Assembly (NCBI GenBank): GCA_965200315.1
Contig: OZ241362.1
Span: forward strand, 2,688,001-2,752,000
Direction of reading: 5' to 3'
Length of the DNA stretch: 64,000 nt
Source: Candidatus Latescibacterota bacterium
GTDB taxonomy: Bacteria > Latescibacterota > UBA2968 > UBA8231
Of the stretch, positions 39,628 through 48,768 are shown piece after piece. Under the pieces are notes generated by a model. The model worked only from the letters and a program-made list of their open reading frames with translations. It made no database searches and was not told where the DNA came from. The first letter of the stretch is position 1, and each line of letters opens with the position of its first letter. Made by a program: the position numbers and the translations under genes.

Positions 39628-41529
39628 TTACGACGCTTCGACGCACGCTTTGGCGATGCGGCCCTGCTTGCCGAAGATATTGACCGCCCGCGCTTCGAGC
39701 AGGTTTTCGCCCTCGGCGAGCGTCCACTCAAAGCGAGCCTCGCGCTCCTCGCGCCACGGGCCGCCGTCTTGGCGCACCAAGAAGTGCGAGAAGTTGGGCG
39801 CGGTGTGCTCTAGATCGACTTGCAGCGTACGCGCCTTTTCCGCCACTTGGAGGTAGAGCCGCGTCTGGTTGACCGACCAGTAGAAGTCTCCGGTGCGAGA
39901 GGTCTGCAAGGAGTATTCGGCGTAGCGGGGATCGACGTCGTCCGACCACCACAGATAGCCATCCCAGTGGTACTGCCCAGCGCCGTGGCGCAGCTCGGCC
40001 GGCTCGGCGAAGATCAAGTGCGTGTTGCGCAGCGGAATGCCGAAGCGGCAGAAGACGTCGATATAGCTGGACATGGGCTCGACGACCTTTTGCGGCAGCT
40101 TGTTGGCCATGATTTTTTCGCGCCGTTCGTCGGCCGCGGCCTCGTGCAGCTCTAGGGCGTTGATGGGTACGCCGTCGATTTCGTAGGTGGCGTCGAATTC
40201 GCGGGTCGGCCCGGCGTCTTCGAGGATCCACTTTTGCAACTGTTCGCACCAGACCTCGGCCAAGCAGTGGTGATCGACGATGACCGAGCGGGCCACCCAC
40301 CCCAAAGACGAGGCGCAGCCGGCGAACACCGCCCCGTAGTGGGTACACATGCCGAAGCCCCAGTCGCCCTTGGTGGTGTCGAGGACTTCGAGGGGATTCC
40401 AAGAGGGGCAGTGGGGATATTTGTCGGATTGCCAGCCCAGCCATTGGCTGTGGACCCAGTCGCGCAAAAGGGCTAGCTGTTCGAGTTCGGTTTTGCCCGC
40501 GGCGATGACTTCGTCGAGGCGATACTGCTTGCGCAGCCGCTCTTGGTGCGGGTGCGGCCCCATGTAGGCGAAGGGGTACGAGCTGTACACGAGCTGGGGC
40601 TGGTCGAACTCTGCCCGCTGGAAGGGCGCGAGGCTTTGGGCGTCTTCCTCGATATCGGCTTCGAGCGTGACGGCTTGGAGGGTTGGGGTCTTGTTGGCCG
40701 CGCCGGTTTCGAGGATGGCGCGCCACTGCACGAAGCGCCCGGGCCACTGCAAGGCGGTGCATCGTTCCCAAGCCGTCCAAGTGCGCGGGTCAAAGGAAGG
40801 CGTCGGACCCGTGCGCAGCTCGAAGTGTATCTGGGTTTCCTGCGGCTGGCGCATCCGCGCCTTCAGGTGCAGGCGGCGAATGCCCATCCGCGGAGCAATG
40901 CGGCCATTGCCGTCTTCGTCGGCGAGGTCGATGACCGGCGAGCAGAGCGTCCCTTGGGGCGGATGTCCCTTGACGCGCAGCCTCACCAGATATTCGCCTT
41001 CAATGGCCCGGGCTTCGCCCAAGGTGCCTTGGTGCCAAGTCTTGCCGCCGTCAAAGCTACGGCTCGAACGGCTTGGGGGCGTGTCGGCTAGACCGCCTAG
41101 GAAGGGGTCAATGTGCAACACGCCGCTGTGCGAGAAGATGAATTCGTTGGTGCCTTCTTTGAGGTATTTGGCGGCGATTTTCTTGCGGTCCCAACCGCCA
41201 GTGAGCATGCGCTCGCGGTCTTGGCGGTGGGTGAGGACGTGGCCATTGACTTGGAGCCGCATGGGTTTGTCGGCGGTGGATTTGTCGGCGGTGGATTTGT
41301 CGGCGTTGACGTAAAAGAGCAGTTCGGCTCCTTTGGTCTTGGCCGAGGAGATGTCGAATTCGACCTTTGCGCAGAGAGCGGGAGAGAGTTCCTCGCAAAT
41401 GTCGCCGTCAACGCCCATTTCGTTGGTGAGCATATAGGTGGGGGCGAGACGGGCGGCGGGAGTGGTTTGGGCGTCGATGAAGCGGTCGCGGCGATAGTCG
41501 CGGAAGTCGGCGGTGGTGATGCGTTTCAT
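39628..41529 (-). CDS. Transglutaminase-like domain protein
   Basis: Cys-His-Asp pattern GMCTHY / HCLAEVW / WILED. Confidence 0.75.
   Translation of the reverse strand: MKRITTADFRDYRRDRFIDAQTTPAARLAPTYMLTNEMGVDGDICEELSPALCAKVEFDISSAKTKGAELLFYVNADKSTADKSTADKPMRLQVNGHVLTHRQDRERMLTGGWDRKKIAAKYLKEGTNEFIFSHSGVLHIDPFLGGLADTPPSRSSRSFDGGKTWHQGTLGEARAIEGEYLVRLRVKGHPPQGTLCSPVIDLADEDGNGRIAPRMGIRRLHLKARMRQPQETQIHFELRTGPTPSFDPRTWTAWERCTALQWPGRFVQWRAILETGAANKTPTLQAVTLEADIEEDAQSLAPFQRAEFDQPQLVYSSYPFAYMGPHPHQERLRKQYRLDEVIAAGKTELEQLALLRDWVHSQWLGWQSDKYPHCPSWNPLEVLDTTKGDWGFGMCTHYGAVFAGCASSLGWVARSVIVDHHCLAEVWCEQLQKWILEDAGPTREFDATYEIDGVPINALELHEAAADERREKIMANKLPQKVVEPMSSYIDVFCRFGIPLRNTHLIFAEPAELRHGAGQYHWDGYLWWSDDVDPRYAEYSLQTSRTGDFYWSVNQTRLYLQVAEKARTLQVDLEHTAPNFSHFLVRQDGGPWREEREARFEWTLAEGENLLEARAVNIFGKQGRIAKACVEAS
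41266..41305. repeat. In-frame 15-bp tandem repeat (2.7 copies)
   Basis: TTTGTCGGCGGTGGA x2 + TTTGTCGGCG, encoding ADKSTADKSTADK. Confidence 0.9.
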
Positions 41530-41763
41530 GGAAGGCTCCTGAGTGGGGGTCTAGGCGGGGAATGTAGGGGGTGAGTCGGGGTGGGGCAAACAAGACCTTA
41601 TGAGGGTCAAGAAAGGCTCTATATTTGGCCCTTGTCAACGACCAAGCAGCCCTTCCTGTCGGTTTGCTTACGGGACTCTTCTCAGAACTTCCGTCTTTTT
41701 CGCATTAATCGGCCTCGTTTTCTCGTCGCTGGCGGTGGCCCAGGCGTCGCCCTCGCCCACCGC

Positions 41764-41940
41764 TATAGCAATCCTATCTCATTCGTGCGATGCGGCACCT
41801 CGCTGGGTGCGCGGGCGTCTCGCCCGCAGGCCAGCGGCCGGCCCCCCCAAGGACGCACACATGGACCACCAAGCACCGGCGGGGCCCAGGCGACGAGAGC
41901 ACAATCCGGCAAGCGGCGCAAGTCAGGTAGGCTTGCTATA
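41764..41940. mobile_element. MITE-like element with 25-bp imperfect terminal inverted repeats ending in TATA
   Basis: Left TATAGCAATCCTATCTCATTCGTGC vs reverse complement of right TATAGCAAGCCTACCTGACTTGCGC (19/25); internal hairpin GCGGGCG-TCT-CGCCCGC. Confidence 0.7.
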
Positions 41941-42019
41941 GCGGCCATCAGAAGCACTTTTACCGCGCCCATCGGGCGGCTTGGCGGGTCGGTCGCGTCG
42001 CCTAAGCGCGTGGCGTATT

Positions 42020-42040
42020 TCGAGGGCATCCTGCCCTCGA
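42020..42040. repeat. REP-like perfect palindrome
   Basis: TCGAGGGCA-TCC-TGCCCTCGA. Confidence 0.7.
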
Positions 42041-42099
42041 TACCGGGGGGTTGCGCCGGGGACTCGACCGAACCAGGTGCGCTCCTGCGCGCCGCGCCC

Positions 42100-42599
42100 G
42101 TCGTGTCGGATTGCTTAGCGTACATTTCTGCTTGCCGTTCGATTACGAGCAGTGGCGGCGCGATAACCCCCTCCCTGCTGGCAAGCGGCTAGCCGATTGG
42201 AACTGGAACGCAGGCGAACCGCGCACGGTGCGGATGATCTACTTCCTGCCCAACGACCGGCCGTATAGCACCGATGAATTGGCAGCATGCCGCGGATTGA
42301 ACGGCGAGAAAGAAGCAGTCGTCGAATTCGAGTATGACGTCTCGATTCCCCTTTTTCGTCGGGCTCCTGTACCTACAGTACATACCCTGTATGTCCGTGT
42401 AGTCGATTCGGATGGGGAGACGACCCAGGCGAGTCATACTATTCCCATCTCAATCGTCGCTGGCCAGTCGTTAAAAATGATGAACCACTATGATAGCATT
42501 AAGGAAGTCCGCACTATGCGCGAACAATTGGCGGCACAACACAGCTATAACGTTCGAGCCTTGTTTGCGGCAGCAAGAAAGCGAGCGGAAGGTCGTTAA
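42100..42599 (+). pseudogene. Mosaic of unrelated gene fragments
   Basis: ORF 42051-42599 joins a secreted-protein-like piece (CLPFDYEQW...VRMIYFLPNDRP), a beta-rich piece and a small helical peptide with abrupt composition changes. Confidence 0.45.
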
Positions 42600-42653
42600 A
42601 TTGGTGCCTAAGCCAGTGGAAGCCGTTTTAACTCCCTTTAGCTTCGCTATGAA

Positions 42654-42783
42654 ATGACCCGAGGCAGCGATAAGGTATTTGAGGATATCGGTTTTGAGCG
42701 GGAAGAAGCGGCGAGCCTAAAAGTCCGGGCTGATTTAATGCTCAACCTAAAAAAGTACATCGAAACTAGAGGATGGACCCAAC
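42654..42783 (+). pseudogene. HigA-like XRE antitoxin, 5' fragment, fused to an FlgD-like C-terminal remnant
   Basis: GSDKVFEDIGF..EEAASLKVRADLM...GWTQ, then AGYHRLHWEGRDD...SGAYL*. Confidence 0.7.
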
Positions 42784-43079
42784 TCAAGCCGCCGCAGGCC
42801 GGCTATCACCGGCTCCATTGGGAGGGTCGCGACGACGCAGATCGTCCCAGCGGTGCTTACCTATAAGGCTAGTGGCGGACGAGGTCGTCTTGACGCGCAG
42901 CTCACCCTGCTGCGGTAGCTTGACAAGTTCTAAAATCTAGAGGAACTGTTAGGAGAATAACTGAGGTTACGCATTTGGCCGAAGAGTGGTCAGTGGTTAG
43001 AGGCTGGAAGTAAGCCCCGGCCACATTCCCGTTTTTCTCGTCGCACGGCAGGGGAATGTAGCGACACACGGAAAGCGCA

Positions 43080-44015
43080 CTATGTATCGAGCACTTGCCG
43101 AAAGGCTTCAAGGCTAGATGCTTGGAGCGCCGCACGAAGCAACTGCTTGAGACGCGACAAATCGTCGAGAGCGGCTATGCGATTCGCTAGAGGGTGCGCC
43201 GCGCTCAGACCAAAGCGAATCTCCAAGACTTTGAAAATAGCTTCGAGCGTACCTTTTCTTTCGCCTTGCTCTATGCCTCGCTCCAGGCCTTGCTCCAGGC
43301 CTTGCTCCAGGCCTTGCTCCAAGCCTTGCTCTATGATGTATTGGGCAAACGATGACTCGCGCATAATCGCGTCCATGAGACCCTCCTTGGATAGAATACC
43401 ACTAATGGTGGCCGCCCCATACTCTAACCCACTCAAGATAGCCAAGCCCCCCAAAAGGTCAACCTTAGCCGCCTCGGCCAACGACACCGCCTCGGTCGCC
43501 TGAATGCACCGACGCAACCACTCTTCCGCACTTAATCCGGCCGGCCGCTTCATCAACGGCGCAAATGGCAGCAAGCCCGCACCGGCACCGGCCAGTATGA
43601 CCTGCCCGTCGAGCTCACTCAAGCGAATCACTCGGTACTCTATGACCACCCGGTGGCCGGGCATGGCCTGCATGTAGTGTCCAGGATCGCGCCGACCTGC
43701 CGTGCGCCGCAGGTAGATCACACTCGAATAAATCGGCCGGCCGTACTGCTCAAGCATCCGACCGATATAGCTCACCATGCGCAACGGCATCGGCGGATGA
43801 GTGCTATCCGTGGTCTGAAATTCGTGATGCACCAACGCCTCTTCGCCCCCGATTCGGACGCTGATGAGGCTATCGGTCTGACGGGCTTCGACCGTGGTGT
43901 GCTCAGTATCGAGTAGGTCGACGACTTCGACGTCGTCGCGAGCGAGCGTCAAGCGGATGAAGTCGCGGGGATAGGTCTGGATCAGATGTTTGGAAATAGT
44001 GTCGTATTCGGCCAT
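43080..44015 (-). CDS. Rpn family recombination-promoting nuclease / putative transposase (PD-(D/E)XK)
   Basis: YDTISKHL, TDSL, HHEFQT, MPLRM..Y, LLPFAPL, EQGL tandem repeats, helical tail. Confidence 0.9.
   Translation of the reverse strand: MAEYDTISKHLIQTYPRDFIRLTLARDDVEVVDLLDTEHTTVEARQTDSLISVRIGGEEALVHHEFQTTDSTHPPMPLRMVSYIGRMLEQYGRPIYSSVIYLRRTAGRRDPGHYMQAMPGHRVVIEYRVIRLSELDGQVILAGAGAGLLPFAPLMKRPAGLSAEEWLRRCIQATEAVSLAEAAKVDLLGGLAILSGLEYGAATISGILSKEGLMDAIMRESSFAQYIIEQGLEQGLEQGLEQGLERGIEQGERKGTLEAIFKVLEIRFGLSAAHPLANRIAALDDLSRLKQLLRAALQASSLEAFRQVLDT
43263..43335. repeat. 12-bp in-frame tandem repeat (EQGL)n in Rpn
   Basis: GCCTTGCTCCAG-type units, about 6 copies. Confidence 0.9.
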
Positions 44016-44020
44016 GGCAG

Positions 44021-44114
44021 GCCATTAGGAGTTACGAGTCGAGAATGGGGAATTAGCACTTGCCCAGCCATCCAAACCGAAGGGATGGCTGGGCCATTCG
44101 TAATTCCTAATGGC
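44021..44114. repeat. Nested inverted-repeat element upstream of rpn
   Basis: Outer arms GCCATTAGGAGTTACGA / TCGTAATTCCTAATGGC (16/17); inner GCCCAGCCATCC-9nt-GGATGGCTGGGC (12/12). Confidence 0.8.
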
Positions 44115-44128
44115 AATATCCATGCCAA
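44113..44128 (-). promoter_or_regulatory. Candidate sigma-54 promoter facing rpn
   Basis: Minus strand TTGGCATGGATATTGC has correct -24 GG / -12 GC spacing, about 100 bp upstream of the ATG. Confidence 0.5.
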
Positions 44129-44445
44129 GGCTGAAGAGTAGAGGGGCGGACCCAGGCCGCGCTAGGTGAGACTGTATCGGGAGCGACACATGGATGAGGC
44201 ATTAGGGATCAGACTGACCCGGAAGTCAAAAAAATGCGAGCGTCGCCAAAGCGACCTCCGTTTTATGGCCCTATATGCGGCCTGTCGCCTAGAGGGCCTG
44301 CGGATCAAACATCGACTCAATCCTTGAAAGCAAACTGCGGGTAGGCCCTCGAAAAGGAGATGATCCGATAACGCCAAGGCCACGGGCCCGCTCACACCAA
44401 GCAAGCCAATGGGGGGTTTCAGACCGCTTCTAAGGGGTCAGGCGA

Positions 44446-44658
44446 GTCCGGGCTGATTTAATGCTCGACCTGAAAAAGTACAGCGAAACTAGGGGGTGGA
44501 CCCAACGTCAAGCCGCGGCATTTTTTGGCGAGTCCCAACCACTCATTAGCAATTTAATGCAGGGGAGATTAGTCGTTTTAGTGTGGATAAACTGATTGAC
44601 ATGCTGACGCGAGCGGGGGTGCAAGTCGAAATTTACGTCAAGCCAAAAGCCTCTTAGG
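44446..44658 (+). pseudogene. HigA-like XRE antitoxin, 3' fragment with frameshift
   Basis: VRADLMLDLKKY...GWTQRQAAAFFGESQPLISNLMQG / ISRFSVDKLIDMLTRAG. Confidence 0.75.
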
Positions 44659-44699
44659 CAAAAGTTCAGAACAGGTTCTACGGGGTGGCGCACCCAAAC

Positions 44700-45470
44700 T
44701 CAGGCGAGGAGGGCTTCGACGTATTGGCGCGCGGCAATAGCCGCCGACAGCGGCTCGTTCCAATCGACCTCCTCAAGCTCGACGACGAGGGGGCCGTCGT
44801 AACCGCTATCCACTAACAGTTTGAATAATTCCGCAAAAGGCAATTCGCCCTCCCCGAAGGGCACGGGCTTTTCGCCTTGCTGGTCGCGCAGGTGGACGAG
44901 ACCAATGCGCCCGGCGAGCGCCTCGGCAAAGGGCATGATCGGCTCGCCGACCGACAGCAGATGGCCGGTGTCTAAAAGCACACGCGCCCGCTCGGGCAGT
45001 TCCGGCAGCACCGCTTGGTAGTCGGCTAGTCCTTGGAGGCGGTTGCCTTGGTGGTTGCCCAAGTTGAGGGCGATGTCGGGGATGTTGTCGAGGAGCGCGT
45101 TGACGCCTTCGATGAGGTCGGCGAGCGCCTCGTCTGTGCGGGCACCGCCCTTTGTGTTCAGGGTTTTGATGCCAAGGGCGCGGCCCAAGTGGATGTCCCA
45201 TTCGAGCTGGCGCAGGTTGTAGGCGAGGTTGCGCTCGTCCGAGTCGGCCTTGCGGCCGGTGAGGTTGCGGATGTTGAAGCCAGAAAGCGCTAGACCGGCG
45301 TCCGCAATGGCGGTGCGGACCATGGGCACGGACCAATCGCGGTGAACGGGGGTGCTCTCGGTGTACGCGCGGAAGAGTTCGACGCGGGCGAAGCCGGCTG
45401 CTTTGGCGAGGTCGAGCACCTCGGGCAAGAGCAGGTCTGGGCAGAGGGTCGGGCTGAAGACGAGGTGCAT
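44700..45470 (-). CDS. Sugar phosphate isomerase/epimerase
   Basis: AGFARVEL, LLDTGH, VHLRD, FGEGELPF, GYDGPLVVELE. Confidence 0.88.
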   Translation of the reverse strand: MHLVFSPTLCPDLLLPEVLDLAKAAGFARVELFRAYTESTPVHRDWSVPMVRTAIADAGLALSGFNIRNLTGRKADSDERNLAYNLRQLEWDIHLGRALGIKTLNTKGGARTDEALADLIEGVNALLDNIPDIALNLGNHQGNRLQGLADYQAVLPELPERARVLLDTGHLLSVGEPIMPFAEALAGRIGLVHLRDQQGEKPVPFGEGELPFAELFKLLVDSGYDGPLVVELEEVDWNEPLSAAIAARQYVEALLA

Positions 45471-46222
45471 CAGCTAATCCCCTCCCAATGCGCCCATTGG
45501 TCGGCGCAGGTCTCAAAGCGAATATCGTTGGTGTCTTTGCGCGAGAAGCGGCCGATGAGGGCCATGCGGATGTTGCGATTGACGTTCTTGGAGCCTGTGT
45601 GAAAGAGCTGGCCGTGCCAGAAGATGGCATCGCCGGCTTGGCCGACGAATTCACTTCCTTGGGGGAAGGTTCCCTCGGGAAATACGTCGCTGGAGACGCC
45701 GCCCTGCACCGACAGCAGCGAGTGCGTCTTGAAGTACTCGTACGCCACGTTGTGGCTGCCGGGCCAATAGGTGAAGCAGCCGCCCTGCGAGTCGATGTCC
45801 TCGACGTAGATCGTGACGTTGATGGTCATGTAGCCGACCGTGCCTTCGGGCACACCGTTGGTAGGGGTGTAGTAGCCGTCGAGATGGCCGCGCTCGGGCA
45901 GGGACCAAGTCTTGTCTTTGGCTGGGTACACCAGCGCGGGACCGGCGCTGCCGGGATTGAGCTGGCCTTCGCCAACCATCTCTTCCATCATCGCAAAGAG
46001 CGGCGACTCGTGGACGGCGGCGCGGATGGCCGGGTGATGGGCGGGCACAGGCATGCGCGGCCCGGCTTCGACATAGGTTGCAGGATCGCGGCGGTCGGCG
46101 TCAATGCCGGTCCAGAGGGCATCTTGAGCGGCTTGAATCTGCGCGGACGTGAGTGCGCCGCGGACGATGAGACAGCCGTTTTCCTTAAAGAAATGCTTGT
46201 CGGCGGCGGTGAGATGGGGCAT
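45470..46222 (-). CDS. PhyH family dioxygenase
   Basis: GHLDG, FTYWPGSH, AGDAIFWH..LFH.G..N...R. Confidence 0.88.
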   Translation of the reverse strand: MPHLTAADKHFFKENGCLIVRGALTSAQIQAAQDALWTGIDADRRDPATYVEAGPRMPVPAHHPAIRAAVHESPLFAMMEEMVGEGQLNPGSAGPALVYPAKDKTWSLPERGHLDGYYTPTNGVPEGTVGYMTINVTIYVEDIDSQGGCFTYWPGSHNVAYEYFKTHSLLSVQGGVSSDVFPEGTFPQGSEFVGQAGDAIFWHGQLFHTGSKNVNRNIRMALIGRFSRKDTNDIRFETCADQWAHWEGIS

Positions 46223-46305
46223 GGCAGTACCTTTCCAATTGGGTTGAAAAGGCAAATATAGATCGGCTAAAAGGGGGTGTCCATTTGCCCGCGCCGGTCG
46301 CCTCT

Positions 46306-47175
46306 TCAGACAACGACCGCTTGGTCTAAGGCGCGGATGTAGCCGATAGTCCAAGCTAGCCCGGCGGCGTGGTCGCCGGCGATGGACGGGAAGTGCTCGG
46401 GGTAAATCTGGCCCTTGTAGTCGATCTCTTTGAGGGCGCGGATGGTGCCGACCATATCGACTTCCCCCGCACCGAACGGCACTTCGAGGTAGCCCAAGTC
46501 CGCCAGCCGCTGCTCGATTTCCGGGGTAGAAGTCCCTTGGGGCTTGGTGGCGATGTCGCGCACGTGGACCATAAAAACCTTGTCGCCGAAGTGACGGATG
46601 ACCTCGGGCAGGCTGTCGCCGGCCATTTGCGACTTGCCTTGGCAGAAGGTCAGGCCATGGGCCGGCGAGTCGGTGGCGGCCATTAGGTTCGCAAAGGTCT
46701 CTCTGTTCCAGATCAGGCGGTCGGGCACGTGAAACGTGTGGGTGGAGATCCGCACGCCGGCATCTTCGCCGATTTGGCCGAGCTCTTGGTAGACCTCCAC
46801 CAAGCCCTGCCAGTGCTGCTGCCGCTCGTCCGAGTCGGTGGGGGCCGCGTCAGCGCTGAGGTAGAAATGCACGAAAGGTATTTGCGCGTGCCCCATGTTT
46901 TCGATCAGGCGGCGCATGTACCCCACTTCGCGCGTGCGGGCCGCGCTGTCAACGCAGGCGTCGAGGCTGAGGCGCGGCGGGGTCAGCCCGGCCAGCGCGA
47001 CTTCGGCGCTGGCGTATTGATCGGCTAGTGTCTTGAGCGCGTCGGCCGCGGGTGCGTCGTCTGAAGAGAGTTGGCCAGTGTTCAAGACGATGTGCCCAGC
47101 GCCGGCGTCGCGACAATAGGCGATGTTGCGATCGTGGTCGGCCCCAAAGGGGGCGAAGATGCCGATATCGAACAT
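46306..47175 (-). CDS. TIM-barrel isomerase / mannonate dehydratase-like protein
   Basis: GLTFCQG, VHVRD, GEVDM, YPEHFP, AWTIGYIRAL. Confidence 0.8.
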   Translation of the reverse strand: MFDIGIFAPFGADHDRNIAYCRDAGAGHIVLNTGQLSSDDAPAADALKTLADQYASAEVALAGLTPPRLSLDACVDSAARTREVGYMRRLIENMGHAQIPFVHFYLSADAAPTDSDERQQHWQGLVEVYQELGQIGEDAGVRISTHTFHVPDRLIWNRETFANLMAATDSPAHGLTFCQGKSQMAGDSLPEVIRHFGDKVFMVHVRDIATKPQGTSTPEIEQRLADLGYLEVPFGAGEVDMVGTIRALKEIDYKGQIYPEHFPSIAGDHAAGLAWTIGYIRALDQAVVV

Positions 47176-47206
47176 GAGTTCCTCCTCAGCGTAGCGTACA
47201 TAAAAA

Positions 47207-47281
47207 TGGTGCTCCCACGGAGACTCGAACTCCGGTTACAGGGTTGAAAACCCTGGGTCCTAACCGCTAGACGATGGGAGC
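47207..47281 (-). tRNA. tRNA-Glu (anticodon TTC)
   Basis: Minus strand GCTCCCATCGTCTAGCGGTTAGGAC-CCAGGG-TTTTCAA-CCCTG-TAAC-CGGAG-TTCGAGT-CTCCG-TGGGAGCACCA; encoded CCA. Confidence 0.97.
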
Positions 47282-47294
47282 ACGTAGGGCAAAA

Positions 47295-47323
47295 AATATA
47301 TACCCAGCCCCGTATATTGGCAA
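47295..47323 (-). promoter_or_regulatory. Sigma-70 promoter of tRNA-Glu
   Basis: TTGCCA-N17-TATATT, ending 13 bp before the tRNA. Confidence 0.75.
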
Positions 47324-47347
47324 GCCGTCTCGTCGCACCTTGCCTTG

Positions 47348-48748
47348 CTAGGCGAAGGCGTCGAGGGCGGGCGTGGGGACGTTGTGGTCGGTGGCTTGCT
47401 CAAAGGCGCGGGCGAGGCGCAACAGCCGCGCCTCGTCGCGGGGGTGGCCGATGAGCTGCAAGCCGATGGGCAGGCCATCATGCGTGAACCCGCAGGGCAG
47501 GGAGACGGCGCACAGGTCGAGAAGATTGACGGCAATGGTGTTGCGCAGGCAGAGGCCATTGATGGGGAAATAGACGTCGGCGCGGTCAATCTCGTCGAGA
47601 ATGGGGGCGGCAAAAGGGGCGGTTGGGGTGATGAGAAAATCGACGTTTTCGAGGGCCGTGCGGGCTTTGCGGCGGAGCTCGTCGCGTACCCTAAGCTGGC
47701 TGAGAAAGTCTGCGGCGAGGACGTCGCGGCCGTCGAGAATGCGCGCCGAGACAATGGGGTCGAACTGATCGAGATGCGCTTCGAGGTTGCGCCGATGATA
47801 GAGATAGGCTTCGACGGCCGTGGTGCTAGGCCCGCTGCGCCATTCGACTAGATCGTCGAGCACCTCGAGCGATATTTCATCGACGTACACGCCGAGGTCG
47901 GCGAAAACGCTCGCCGAGGTGCGCACCGCTGCTTCGACCTCGGCATCTACATCGTCCCAGAAATACTCGTGCGGAAAGCACAGCCGGAGGCCGGCGACCT
48001 CGCCTTCCAAGTGATCCACAAGCGAATCACCGGGCAGAGGGTCCGCCATGGCTTGGCACAACAGGGCGCAGTCTTGCGCCGTGCGGCACAAAGGCCCGAT
48101 GCTGTCGAGGGTGGGGTCGAGAGGCAAGACGCCGGTGTTGGGGAGCAGGCCAAAGGTGGGCTTGAGGCCGGTGAGGCCGCAAAAGGCCGCGGGAATCCGC
48201 ACCGAGCCGCCGGTATCCGAGCCGAGGGCGGCCGGTGCCAACCCAGCCGCCACCGCCACGCCCGAGCCAGAGGACGACCCGCCCGGCAGGCGATGGACTT
48301 CGAGATCCCAGGGGTTGACCGGGGTTCCGTAGTGATGGTTGACGCCGGTGCCGCCAAAAGCGAATTCCACGAGCTGCGTCTTGCCCAAGAGCACGGCACC
48401 CGCGGCAAAGAGGCGGCGGGCAATTGTGGCGTCGGCTGCGGCGATGTTGTCGCTCAGCAGGGTCGAGCCGCCGGTGGTCGGCAGGCCTGCGACATCCACG
48501 AGATCCTTAAAGGCGAGGGGAATGCCGTGCAAGGGGCCGAGGTAGGCACCGGCCGCGATTTGCGCTTCGGCCGCACGGGCTTGGGCGCGCGCCCGCTCGG
48601 ACGTGACGGCGAGATAGGCGTTGAGCACCGGATCGTATCGCTCGATGCGCTCTAGATAAAACTCGGTGAGTTCGAGCGGGGAAAGTTCGCCGCGGCGGAT
48701 CAGGGTAGCGAGTTCGGCGATGGGGGCAAACGCTAGGGTGTCATCCAT
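47348..48748 (-). CDS. Amidase signature family protein
   Basis: GPLHGIPLAFKD, PGGSSSGS, GSDTGGSVRIPA, GLPIGLQL. Confidence 0.93.
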   Translation of the reverse strand: MDDTLAFAPIAELATLIRRGELSPLELTEFYLERIERYDPVLNAYLAVTSERARAQARAAEAQIAAGAYLGPLHGIPLAFKDLVDVAGLPTTGGSTLLSDNIAAADATIARRLFAAGAVLLGKTQLVEFAFGGTGVNHHYGTPVNPWDLEVHRLPGGSSSGSGVAVAAGLAPAALGSDTGGSVRIPAAFCGLTGLKPTFGLLPNTGVLPLDPTLDSIGPLCRTAQDCALLCQAMADPLPGDSLVDHLEGEVAGLRLCFPHEYFWDDVDAEVEAAVRTSASVFADLGVYVDEISLEVLDDLVEWRSGPSTTAVEAYLYHRRNLEAHLDQFDPIVSARILDGRDVLAADFLSQLRVRDELRRKARTALENVDFLITPTAPFAAPILDEIDRADVYFPINGLCLRNTIAVNLLDLCAVSLPCGFTHDGLPIGLQLIGHPRDEARLLRLARAFEQATDHNVPTPALDAFA

Positions 48749-48768
48749 GAAGCGGCCTCTGCTCAAGG

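Noticed and set aside
14999-44114. CRISPR array (repeats at 15.0, 41.3, 43.3 and 44.0 kb)
   Set aside because: All are tandem or inverted repeats without unique spacers; no cas genes
47348-48748. gatA
   Set aside because: Generic amidase signature; EFAFG instead of EFAMG, and no gatB/gatC adjacent
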